The notes under the pieces: model-generated
Seen by the model: the letters and a program-made list of their open reading frames with translations, nothing else
The model's database searches: none
Told to the model about the DNA's origin: nothing
Program-made: the position numbers and the translations under genes
Virus record (IMG/VR): IMGVR_UViG_3300023110_001858
Location: 1-57,145 of that record
Origin: a virus
Taxonomy: Duplodnaviria > Caudoviricetes
Reading direction: 5' to 3' (one strand)
Length of the DNA stretch: 57,145 nucleotides
Part shown: one piece after another, positions 1 to 12,317 of the stretch
Position numbering within the stretch: the stretch's first letter is position 1
How the letters are laid out: each line of letters begins with the position of its first letter

Positions 1-1
1 A

Positions 2-3000
2 AATGGAAAAACACTAGAGCTACAGGATGGCATGCGTGTCAGATTTAGTGGAAGCAATGCAACAGGCACAGCAACATATCCAACTAATGACATTTATATT
101 GTTGATGGTGTTGGTACTAGTATTTCATTTACTAAACAATTTGAATATACTGGTACTGGTTATGGAAAACGTGTGTGGTTTAATGACACTGTATATGGAT
201 CACAAGAGCCAAGCCAATGGGAGGGTTCAGAAAGTAACTTTGTATATCCAACATATGACTTAACCGAATATGAAGTATACGGACGTGAATACACAGTGGA
301 ACAACGTCATACCAGAGATCAAAGTGCTTGGTCTAGAAAGAACCTGTGGATACATGAAGAGGCAGCAATTGCAGTATGTGTTTACAATGATTTAGACCTT
401 ACTGACTTTTTACTTGATAAATTCCGTGGAATACGTCCTATTATTGAATTCCGTGCAAATATTGAAAAGTTTAATTTTGCAACACAGAGTCTGGGAAGTA
501 TAACACATGTTTATGACAATGTTGACGATCCAGCATCTAGTATTATTGGCAATAATTTTGACCTTGTAAGTTATACTGTTACTACTAACTGGTCAAATGT
601 TGGATATGATTTTGGAGATCATGTTAAAGTTGTTTCTAATGGTGTTACGTCATTTTGGAATTGTATTAAATCTCATACACAAGCATTAAATCCAACATAT
701 TCAGAAAACCGAGAATACTGGGTAGAAATACAATCACGTGATATTGTAGACGGCGACACAATTTTGTTTTTAAACTCAACAAACCCAGTTTACAATAATA
801 GAATTTTTACTGCAAGTGTAAGTGGTAATGGTCAAGTTACTGCACTAACAGAACTATATGGTGCAAGCTCAACTCCGTTAGTAACAGGTGACGGGATTAA
901 AGTACGTATAGGTTACAACAATGTATTTGGAGAGAGCTATCCAAACGACATTTATAGTGGAAGTGAATGGCACTGGAATGGAACAAGCTGGGTATACAGT
1001 CAACAAAAAGATACACGCAACGACAGTATTATGTTCCAACTGTATGATATTAACAGTGTAAAGTTGGATAATGAAACTTTATATCCTAACAATAATTTCC
1101 AAGGCGATTTTATTTTTAAATATGGTACTAGTGAAACTACTAAAGTAGACAATGCACTAGGCATCCAGCCACGTTATGTTGATTACGGCAATGAGCCAGG
1201 CCTGAGTTTTGATTTGGGATTGGGAAGTGTTCGTTATGAATATAATGCAAGAAATACAACTGATGATCCTGAAAACACCAATGCTTCTATTATAAGTGAA
1301 ATATTAGGATACTATTATTACAAGCGTTTAGACAACAGTCAATATTATAATGGTTGGGTCGAAGTTAGAGAAAGTCAGCCAGTTTGGAAACACGCACAAA
1401 AAATTGTTACTGATGCAACAAAACCAGTATTGTTTAATTTAGGTACTGACAAGTTGCTATCAGATGAAACAATTAAAATAACAAAAAGAAATAATAAACT
1501 TGAATTTTATGAAGGTAGTTACAGTCATATAACACGTGTTAACGGCCTAAATCCAATCTTGTTTTTTGATAAGACAAAAGAGTATATAGTCACAACTTAC
1601 TTTGATAGCACAGACATTGAATTTGTTAATGTTGATGGCAGTGCACTTAGTGGTGTTACTGTTGGAACTGCAACAAATAATGTGTTTACAATTGTTGTTG
1701 GTAATTCTTTTGTTCCTGATGTTTTTAGATATCGCTTAGTAAGTGACAACACTGTTACAGGATTAATTTATGTTAATGAAAGCCAGCCTAGTTATATTGA
1801 CAATGACTATGTTGATCCTGGATTTGTACAAAACCAAAACAGTGTTAATGTTGTAGTAAAAATAAATGGAACAGAAACTACAAACTATGCACTTAGAGAA
1901 AAGCAAGTTATTATTTCTAATGGACATTCTGTTGACGATGTGATTGATGTAACCTGGTACACAGACGATAAAATTACTGACAGCGACGGTGTTGATTTGC
2001 CAGCTGACACACATATTTTAAATCCACAAAATGAACTGCTAACACAAGTAAGTTTTGGAGATATACTTTCACACATCAAAGAACAAATGACAGGATATCC
2101 TGGTCTAACTGGTAATTTCTTTGGAATTAATAACTATAGAAACTTGCCACGTGTGCATGAATTTGGTGGTACAATTAGACAACAGCCATACAGTACAGAG
2201 CTTTTAGCACAACTTGTTATGCACAATGATACTAACATTTTTAGCAGTTTGAAACATGCTGCAAATAGTTACGGAAGTTTTAAAAAGCAATTTTTACAAA
2301 AATGTATTCAACTGCATAATACAATGGACAGTTCAAAATCTGTGTATGAAGTTGTTGATGAAGCGTTGAAAAGTATTACTATTGGTAAAACAGCTAATGA
2401 TGTTTTTGCTAACAGTAATATGTTAAAGTTTAGCGATTATGAAGAGTTTAATGGTTACTGGACTGCGACATTAACACCTGTATTTGATATACCACAAACC
2501 GTAAACACATATGATGATACTAAAAATCATGTAAATGTTTATGTGAGAGACGATGATGGTTCTGGAAACCTTCGTTGGAGAAATTTAATTAAAGATGTTG
2601 ATTACACTATAACTGAAAATCAAGTTACAGTAACAACAAGTGTGACATATGATAGTAGTGGACAAGCTCTTATTAAAATTCGTTGGTATCCATTAACTAG
2701 CTCAAGTTTTGTTCCTCCGAGTGCAGTTAAACTTGGCTTGTTAAATGCAAGTCCCCCTGCACTAAATGCTAAACATCTTTTTGGACACGACGGTAGCATA
2801 TCAATACGTAAAGGATCTGAATTATATAATCGTAATTCGGCTAATTTTAATATTGAAGATGCTGTGTTGTGGGAATTCGAAACTAGAATTTATAATAACT
2901 TGATTGCATCTCAGGTTGTTGATTACAAAAAAATTATGCCTAACGCACATCGACCAACTGTATACAATTGGGCAGACTTAACAGAAGCATTACGTACAGA

Positions 3001-6000
3001 CTTTAATAAATGGAAACTTAGAAACAATATATCTACGTTGCATGATGCCAGCAGTTATGATGCAAGTGATGAGTTTACATATAACTACAGTGATGTTGGA
3101 CCAGGTATAGGTGGCTGGAGAGGGTTGTATACTTACTACTTTAACACTGATAGACCACATTCAAACCCGTGGGAAATGTTAGGACATAACACACAGCCAA
3201 GTTGGTGGGATACTTATTATAGTTGGACAGATCCAACAAAACGTGCTGCATTTATTGCTGCACTTAAAGTTGGACATTATAATGATCCTAGCCAAGTACC
3301 AGAGTATGATTTGGCATATGCATATACTGCATACGATTGGGATAACAATAATATAGTAGACAACGCTGGTTTGCTAATTGGTCCGGTTACAGCAGGCGTA
3401 ATTACAACACCAACAAACCCTGCAAAAGAATTTGTATTTGGCGATTGGGGAGATATTGAAGATGCTTGGAGACGCAGTTCTGAGTATAAAATATCGTTGT
3501 TTACTGCATTAACAAAACTAAGACCTTTACGTATAGTAAACGATTATTTTAGAAGTAATACTAGAACAGAATATAATTTTAATACTCGTCAAGTTGCATT
3601 TACTGATACACGCCAATTAGGTAACAATCGAAATCTAGTGCTAACTAATGAATCATATGAAAATAGTATTGTAGAGTCAGTTAGTGTAAAGACTGGCGGT
3701 ACTGGGTATACTAGTGCACCATCACTGTCATTGTATAGCAACTTTGGAACAGGTGCAACATTATTAGCAAAAATTTCCAATGGTGTAGTTGTTGCGGCGT
3801 CTGTAACCAATCCTGGAAGTGGATATCAAACAAAACCAAGTATTGTTCCTTCAACAGGCAGTGCCACATTTGATGTTGTGTTAGCAAATGATGTTAAAAA
3901 ATATGTAGACGGTTTAAGCAATGCTATAATTAATTATTCTCAACGTAACGGTACTACAGCACTTACCTTAAAGAATAGATTGTAAAATTACACCAATAAT
4001 CCAATTATTAAAACTGGTGGCTTTGTAAACAGTAATCAAACTTTAATTTTAGAAAGCAGCCAAGACAAAGGCCGTGTTGTTGTTCCAGAAGAAGATATTA
4101 CAACAGTATTATACACAAGTCAACCAAAAGAAGAAGTATTCTTTGGTGCAGTGAAAGTAACTAAGTTGTCAACAGGATATCGTGTTGCTGGTTATGACAA
4201 TGCAAAGCAATATTTTTCATATTTTAAACCAAATCAAAGCGCCGGAAAAATAGTTGTTAACGTTGGAAACAAACAAGTTTATAGATATAAGAATTTTGAA
4301 TCAACTGCAACTGTCTTAGATTATAACACTGTATTAACAGGAGATCAAGCACTTTATGAATTCTTACTTGGCTATGGTGAATATTTAAATTCACAAGGTT
4401 GGAATGCAACTTGGCGTAGCACAGCAGGCAATACAATACTGTGGACAGAAACAGCCAAAGTAGACGACATTTATTACGCAACTCCGAGTACGTCACGTAT
4501 TGAAATTGATGAAACAAAAAATGGATATTTTAGTAATGTTGCAAATAAATTTGACGGTGAATATAATGTTATTAACCAAAATGGTTATCAAATTTTAAAT
4601 AACCGTTTAACAATAACACGTGATGTTATTAGTAGCGAAAATGGAAAAACAATTGTTGAAGCAAGAGATGACACAGCTATCTATGGACTAAGACTTTATA
4701 GAGTAGAAGTAGAACATGCATTTGTTGTAAACAATAGTACAAATTTTGATGATATGATATATGATCCAGTACTGGGCATTAGACATAGTCGAGTAATTTG
4801 GAGAGGCAGCAGAACAAAAAATTGGAATGGTAAGTTTTACGCTCCTGGTTTCATTATTAATGGAAATGGTGTAATAGCAAACTTTGACACAGTTGCAAAT
4901 GAGATCGGTAATTATTATGGTCCTGGTAATGTGTTAAGTAATCAACAGCAAGTAGATACTGCACGTTTTAACATTGGCTATAATAAGCCGCTGTGGAATG
5001 AAGTTGCAGGATTAGATGATGATACACTGTTTAAATTTATAAAAGGCACACGCAAGTACAAAGGTACTCGCCATGCGCTCAATGCATTTATGCGTAATAC
5101 TTCTTTATTTGGTACTCTTGCAAGTGCTAAAGTACATGAAGAGTGGGCAATACGCACAGCAGATTATGGTGATACACGTAGCCGTGACACACTTGAATTT
5201 GAAATTAATAAAGAATTGCTAAAAACAAATCCACAACCTGTTCGTTTTAGTGCAACTGAACTTAATGACGTGCTTAGTGATATTGTTATTGATGTTGACT
5301 TTAACAGTCCATTGTTAGTTACTGGTACACCAGGAAACAATTTCCAAACACGCTGGGCAAAAACATTTAATTACACAACAATTAGTGAAGAATCAGTATA
5401 TGCAAATGATCTTATTTCAGCAGGACTTCCTTTATTAACAGAAACAGACTACCGTGTTCTTAACAAGGAAGACTTTGCATATTTTCCAGAAGAAGTAAAA
5501 GACGATTACAGCTTTGAAGGAGAATGGCAAACAATTGAACACTGGGATAATAAGACAGCATACAAGTTCAAAGATAAAGTAATTTATCAGGGCAAAGTTT
5601 GGGAAATGTTAGATCCGGATGGTACAAGTGGACTAACAAGACCAAATGACATTATTACTGCAACTGGTACAGTATCGTTGCCAGTAATTCCAGCATCAGA
5701 CCCTAATGAAACACTTGTTATTGACGGTAACACAATTGTAATTCAGAGATCAACAAATTCTGATACATTTAACCCAATTATAGTTGACGGTACACAAGAT
5801 ATTTTGTCAAATGATGTTGTTACAGATAATAGTACAATTGTATTGGGCACTACTTCTTCTACTGCAATTTCTGTAACATTTGATACAACAACATCAACTA
5901 CTGTTTACAACAATGCACAAATTCAGGGCAATGTTACAAACCCTATAATTGCAGGCGGAGCCAGTAAAGAACTAATCATTGAAAGTACTAGTGTATTATT

Positions 6001-9000
6001 TGACGAAGTTACTAGTGGCACACAGAATATTACAATGCAAGCAGCATTTGAAAATGCATTTAGTCTTGCTAGCTATCCACAACCAACAAATCTTGCACAA
6101 GCAAGAATTACTGCACTTGAAGAATTAAGATCAACATACGGTAGTGCTAAATTCTTTACATACAAAGGTTACTTTATGAGTACCTTCCAGACAACAGGAA
6201 CTGGATTTACACCAACTCAAACTGGAGCACAAACTGTAGATATTGCATGTCCAACAGACGCATTTGATTTGTATGTTGATGGAGTATATCAATCTACTCT
6301 TACTAGACCAAGCGGAGTTTACACATATACAACCAACTTTACAGCAAATGACAATGTGTCAACACAATTGCTTGAATTTGTACATCCGTCAACAGGAACA
6401 ACCAGTCCAGCAACAGCGTCTATTAATATAGTATATTCGTTTAGCTTCCAAGATCCAAATTTTGCATGGCAAGGTCTACAAAACCCAGTTAGATCCTGGG
6501 ACTTGTTTATGTTTGACTACTTTGGAGAAAGCCATGCGGGATTTGATTTGCCACTTTTACTTACTGAATACAATACTAGTCCTAGTTACACTACAGAACT
6601 TGAAGCACTAATTTCTAGTGATTTGGCATTAATTAATGAACAAACAAATACTGGTTATGTTTTACAAGATGTACTAGATGGTATTCAAACTGTATCAAAT
6701 GCTGATATTAGTGCAACGAGATCTGCTGTAGAGGTCGGACAATATATAACTGACACTAAAACATTTATAACTATAAATCCTACTACTGCTATTACAAATA
6801 CAACTATTGTAACAACGACAACTAGTTCAGGATTTAAGCAATACTCGTTGTCAGATATAGTTGATAAAATCAATCAAGCTAGCATTCCAAATATAACAGC
6901 AAGTGCTAATAACAGCCGTTTGCTGATAACAAAAACAACAAATACACCAAGTATTGAGTTTACGCTAACAATAAGTGTAGCAAGTGCAAATGCTGAAGCT
7001 GGATTTGAAACTAGCGGACCTACAATTGTAACAAGTCCTGGAAACGTAGTAACAGTAAGTCCAAATCTTACATTACAACAAGTAATTGACCAGATTAACG
7101 CTGCACAAATTTCAGGCATTTCAGCAAGTAGAGGCGGTACTAATAGTAACTTATTGAGAATTACAAGTACAAACCAAACACTTTATATTGGGGCTGGTAC
7201 TGCCAACAGTGCTATTGGTTTATCAGTAGGCTCAACAACTGCACCAACTACAACCACAACAATTAAAACAAACGTTGATTTGTCAAGTATTATTGACATT
7301 ATCAACGCTGCAGCACTTCCTGGTATTACAGCAAGTAATAGTAATAACCGTTTACGTTTAACAAGTACTAATAGCACACTTGTTATAGGAGCAGGAACAG
7401 CAAATACTAAAATTGGATTAACAGCACAAACTCTTAGTGCAACACAAACTGAAATTGCAAACGTGTTTAATGCATTTGTTGGTAGTGACGGTAATCAAAT
7501 ATTCCAAGAAATGGAAAACGATCCCAATGTGTTTAGTATTTGGGTTGCTGACAACAAAGACTCTGATGTGGGTTCAGGAAGCGGTTATAATGTGTACCAA
7601 ACAATGGACTTTGGTATGTATATTACTCGTGCTTGTGCAGGTATTAACGATGCTGACGATGCACAAATTACAATTGCTCTAGCAGATAGTAATGTACAAG
7701 CGCATAACTTGTCTGAAGGAGACTATGTGTTTATTACTGGTAGTAACACTGTGCCAAGTATAGACGGTGTACATAAAGTTACTACAGTTGATGTAAACAA
7801 CATAACATTCTATATTGACGAATACATTCAAGAAGAAGGTAACGTTGGTAATGTTTATCCGTTACGTAGTGTCCGCTTTGCTGATTACACAACACTTATT
7901 AATAACTATGACTCACAAACAAACGGTGTGTTTAACTATAACTTTGCAGGCCTTAGACAAAATAATCAACAAACACCTAAATTAGCATTTGTTGATGATG
8001 ACGGAACTGGTGCACCAGCAGTGTATAAGTTTAATGGATCATTTACAAACAACACTGGACACACAGGTAGTGGTTGGTTTAAACTTCGTACAAGTCCACG
8101 ACAAGCAAGAAATGATTTATTAGAAAGTGTTAAACTATATGACGCTACATCTAGAAGTTTAATAACACAACTAGAAGTTTATGACCCTGCTAAAGGAATT
8201 ATACCAGGATTTATTGATGAAGAAATAGATTTAATCTTAACAACTGACTTGGCAAGTTATAACTATAATACACTTGATGGATTTAGCGAAAACACCAAGG
8301 CGTGGACTAGTGACAAAGTAGGTGTCCGTTGGTGGGATATTAATAATGCAATATATGTAGACTATGAACAAGGCAGTATTGATTACAAACAAGCATACTG
8401 GGGAAGATTGTTTGACGGTGCAAGTATTGATGTTTATGAATGGACACGTAGTAGTGTATTACCAGAAGAATGGACAGCACTTGTAGAACGTGGTGGTTAT
8501 GTTGATGGTAAACCAGCGTCTGGTGAACCACTTAGTGTAACAATTGAAGAAGAAACTGTCTATCAATGGGTTGAAGAAAACTGGTACAATCCAAGAAACA
8601 AACGTACAGAAACAAGTTATTATTTCTGGGTTAAAAACAAACTAAACAGCTTTGGACAAAGAAATTATAACACATATCAACTTGCAAGATTGTTAGAAAA
8701 TCCAACTGCATTTGATATTAGTTGGTGCGCTGCATGTAGTTCACAAGAGCTAATTGTAGCTAATATTGAGCAATATGTTACAAACAACAGTGTTGTGCAA
8801 GTAAACCAAAGATATGAAAGCAATGCATTGCCAATGAGTGAATGGACACTACTAGCTGAAAACGATCCAGTAAGTATAATTCCAGAACAGCTACATATTA
8901 AAATGCGTGATAGTTTAACAGGTTATAACAGACACGCAGAAACATACCTATGGACTTATTGGAATGCTGCCACAGTATATCCAGCTAACAAGGTTGTAGA

Positions 9001-10765
9001 AACATCAAACGGAAATTTCTATATATCCGTGGCAGAAAATACTAACGTTGATCCAGATACAGACACATCTATGTCTTATTGGAATAGAATCTATGATTAT
9101 AGTTTTATAGATGGAACACCACAGCAAGACATTTCAATATCAAGACCACATGCACTTCCTGATTTAGATTTGCATCCATATAATAGATATGGTCACTTAA
9201 CTAGACCTCGACAAAGTTTAGTAAGAGAACTTCCAATTGCAAGACAAAACTTTGTTGAAACTGTAAATAAATTACTTGCTGAAATGAACTTAATAGAAGA
9301 AGTTACTGATTGGGATACAGTATTAACATCAACATATGTTGAAGGTGTTATAACTTATAACATTAACAATTATTGGAGTTATATTGATTATGTAAGAGGC
9401 TCGTATAATACTAGTATACCTACAAAATACACAGTACGTACAAAAGATGAAATTATTGGTCAACTGGGTATATTATTCCCTTATGTAAATGGCGACACTG
9501 TGCTGGTTACAGATGTTATGCACAATGACGGCATTAATAGACCTGAAATTTACAGTAGAATTAACGACGAGTGGGTACTTGAGTATAAAGAAAAGTCAAC
9601 TATTAAATTGAGCGAAGAACTTTGGAATAATGAAAAGTTTGGACTTGGATATGATTTGTCAGGATTTGATACTGATGGATTTGATAATAGTGTTGACGGT
9701 GCGTTAACTAGAATATTTGACGACCTACGTAATAGAATATTTACAGGCAAGCATAAAGTTAAATATAATCAACTTTGGTTTAAGTTATTGTATCAAGCAG
9801 TTGCTGATAACACAGTAGATGATTTTGCATTTAAAACAACGTTTGTTAAATTAAACGTAGAACATGCACTGCAAACTGCAAGAGAAAAATATATGGGATA
9901 CAAAATTAACATTATTGAAGATTTCTTCAATAGTATTAAACCTTTCCATACAAAACTACACAGTGTTGTAGATAGTAATACACATATAGAAAGTTTTGAA
10001 ACAGAGATACAAGAGCTTGATCGTGATGCTGTCATTACACTAAGATATAACGATCATAGTAGTCGTGAATTTGATAGTTGGGCCGGAGACTTGGCTGTTG
10101 ATGGTGGTACATTTACAGAAGAGCCTACACATATTGATCAAAATGGATTTACAACTGACCAAGACAATGATATTGAATACATTTATGATGGTAATGTGTT
10201 TATTCAACCAGTCGAAGAAGGTTGGGGCAGTGAAGTTTATCCGCTCGACGTAATGGAAAATTTACGTATACGTGTTCAAACTAATCCAAGTGGAAGTACT
10301 GTAGACAATACAAATACACGTACATTCCAAATGAATATATACGAACAATATAACATTGAAGAAAGTATTGCATTACCACAAACAAGTGTTGCAGTAACAG
10401 CATCAACTATAGCAGTAAATGCAACAACTATTTCGCTTGTTGATGCTAGTATGATGACAGTGCCATCTGATGGTGTGTTAGGTGTTGCTTGGATTGGAAC
10501 AGAGCGTGTAACATACGGTGCAATTGACGGTAATAACTTAGTATACGTTACTAGAGGAACATATTCAACACCTCCACAAGAACATGCTGGTGGTGTAAAT
10601 GTGCGTGATGCAAGTTCACCATTGCGTGTTCCGTCATTAAGCGAATTTGGTCACTATGGTGACAATTTAAGACTTGCATATAACGACAGTGGTGTAAGTT
10701 TAGCAGCCAACGGTACTACTCCTGAACATGAGTTCATAAGAAATGCCGGTTTTGGAACGTTATAA
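2..10765 (+). CDS. Giant virion structural protein (baseplate wedge/tail-associated type), 5'-truncated, interrupted by one in-frame TAA at 3983-3985
   Basis: Frame is open from base 2 (NGKTLELQDGMRVRF...). ORFs 32..3985 and 4151..10765 share a frame, and 3986-4150 translates without stops (NYTNNPIIKTGGFVNSNQTLILESSQDKGRVVVPEEDITTVLYTSQPKEEVFFGA). Thr/Ser/Asn-rich beta-type composition, GGTGYTSAP/NPGSGYQTKP repeats, aromatic CBM-like modules, neighbours look structural. Confidence 0.75.
6842..7432 (+). repeat. Three imperfect protein-level repeats (LxxIxDxINxAxxxxIxAS...LxxT) inside the giant protein
   Basis: SLSDIVDKINQASIPNITASANNSRLLIT / TLQQVIDQINAAQISGISASRGGTNSNLLRITSTNQTLYIGAGTANSAIGL / DLSSIIDIINAAALPGITASNSNNRLRLTSTNSTLVIGAGTANTKIGL. 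Confidence 0.85.
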
Positions 10766-10768
10766 ATA
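10761..10768 (+). promoter_or_regulatory. T4-type late promoter consensus TATAAATA
   Basis: Exact TATAAATA overlapping the stop codon of the giant gene, about 20 nt upstream of ATG 10788. Confidence 0.7.
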
Positions 10769-10787
10769 TTATAAATGGAATAAGAAA

Positions 10788-11387
10788 ATGAGTGTATCTA
10801 AAATTGAAAAATCATTGATAGGAGTAGAAGGTCACATTACTATATGGGATCCAGAAAGCGGTGACGTTTTAGTACGCCGTAGAAATGCTATCAATTTTGA
10901 GAATATGAGTATTGCATTAGCAAACTTACTAGCAAATGAAACTGGATCAACTGGATCATATCACATTGGTTCAATGAGATTCGGTAACGCTGGTACTACT
11001 ATTGATGGTGCAGGTGTAGTTACATACAAAGCACCAAACACAACATTAGCAAGCGGGTCGTTATATAATCAAACGTTTAGTAAAGTGGTTGATGAGGCTG
11101 TAACAGGTAGTGCTGACAATAGTGTTGAGGTTGTACATACTACAACTACACTTTATAGTGATGTAGTAGTTACATGTACACTTGACTACGGCGAGCCAGC
11201 CGGGCAGGATACTTTAGATACTGCCACAAATATGGATGGGGATTATGTTTTTGATGAACTAGCTTTATATACCGCAAATGATGATTTACTAACACATGTT
11301 GTTTTCCATCCAGTACAAAAAAGTGCAAACAGAAAAATACAAGTACTATATACAATTAGATTGCGTACATCTTATAGTGACGTTTAA
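10788..11387 (+). CDS. Conserved phage structural protein (baseplate/tail region), function unknown
   Basis: ORF 10743..11387; ATG 10788 preferred because it lies downstream of the late promoter. Motifs GHITIWDP, NAINFENMSIALA, FDELALY, LLTHVVFHPVQKSANR; lies between structural genes. Confidence 0.65.
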   Translation: MSVSKIEKSLIGVEGHITIWDPESGDVLVRRRNAINFENMSIALANLLANETGSTGSYHIGSMRFGNAGTTIDGAGVVTYKAPNTTLASGSLYNQTFSKVVDEAVTGSADNSVEVVHTTTTLYSDVVVTCTLDYGEPAGQDTLDTATNMDGDYVFDELALYTANDDLLTHVVFHPVQKSANRKIQVLYTIRLRTSYSDV

Positions 11388-11398
11388 TAGGAAAAGAG

Positions 11399-12316
11399 AT
11401 GCCATATACAGTAGATTATTCAGAAAGCGGAAAAACGCCAATAGTTGTAAACGACGGTACAGTAAACACTAGTACTAGTTTAAAATTAATTGGCAAAAAC
11501 TATAACAGGTTTGGTGAATATTTAAATGAAAATATGATGCACCTGTTAGAAAACTTTGCAGCAAATTCGGCACCAGACAATCCTACAGAGGGTCAACTTT
11601 GGTACGATACATCAGAAAGCCAACTTTATTTGTATGAAAGTGGTAATTGGTATCCAATTGGATACCCTGCTGGAAATACAAGAAATTCAGTTAGAAGAAG
11701 ACTTGACACACTAGGTGTTAGCCATTATACTATTGAGACAATTGTGGATAATAATATTGTTGCTATTACAGTTGATGATACAGTAGCATGGACACCAGCA
11801 GCAACAGAGTTTTTAGAAGATGGTGTCACAGCACTAACAACTCAATTTCCAGTTATACAAGCTGGAATAAACATGAACACTACCACAAATTATAAATTTA
11901 GAGGTACAGCAACTAGTGCAGAATATGCTGACCTTGCAGAACGCTATGAAGCAGACAAAGAATATGAGCCAGGTACAGTAGTGATTTTAGGTGGTGCTAA
12001 GGAAGTAACACAAAGTTTACAAGCAAATGATGAATACGTTTTTGGTGTAGTATCAACTGCGCCAGGATTTGAAATGAATAGTGCAGCCGGCACAGATGCT
12101 ACACACCCATATATAGCACTAGCTGGTCGTGTGCCTTGTAAAGTTGTTGGTAAAATTCATAAAGGACAAAGGATAGTTTCAAGTAATACCCCTGGTCATG
12201 CCATGGCAGATGGTGGAGCCGGAGTTTTAGACTACCGTTTGGTTATTGGTAGAGCTCTTGCAGATAAAACAGACGTCGGTGAAGGTATAGTCGAAATAGT
12301 TGTAGGAGCAAAGTAA
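11399..12316 (+). CDS. Tail fibre/spike-type protein with C-terminal intramolecular chaperone (peptidase G2-like autocleavage) domain
   Basis: N-terminal LIGKNY...ENMMHLLENFA...PTEGQLWYDT; C-terminal YADLAERYEAD..YEPGTVV...GVVST...ALAGRVPCKVVG...IGRAL; AGGA RBS upstream. Confidence 0.7.
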   Translation: MPYTVDYSESGKTPIVVNDGTVNTSTSLKLIGKNYNRFGEYLNENMMHLLENFAANSAPDNPTEGQLWYDTSESQLYLYESGNWYPIGYPAGNTRNSVRRRLDTLGVSHYTIETIVDNNIVAITVDDTVAWTPAATEFLEDGVTALTTQFPVIQAGINMNTTTNYKFRGTATSAEYADLAERYEADKEYEPGTVVILGGAKEVTQSLQANDEYVFGVVSTAPGFEMNSAAGTDATHPYIALAGRVPCKVVGKIHKGQRIVSSNTPGHAMADGGAGVLDYRLVIGRALADKTDVGEGIVEIVVGAK

Positions 12317-12317
12317 C

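Noticed and set aside
27-263. 78-aa ORF and the many 60-180 aa alternate-frame or antisense ORFs in the track
   Set aside because: They lie within long motif-bearing genes, lack RBSs and motifs, and look like shadow ORFs; only 43515..43868 has a real motif.
3983-3985. Genome-wide stop-codon reassignment (alternative genetic code)
   Set aside because: TAA terminates many genes here (e.g. 10765, 11387, 13520) and coding density is already near complete under the standard code; only one interruption of this kind was seen.
3986-4150. Intron or regulatory intergenic region between two structural genes
   Set aside because: The segment is open, in frame and protein-like; no RNA structure, promoter or RBS was evident.
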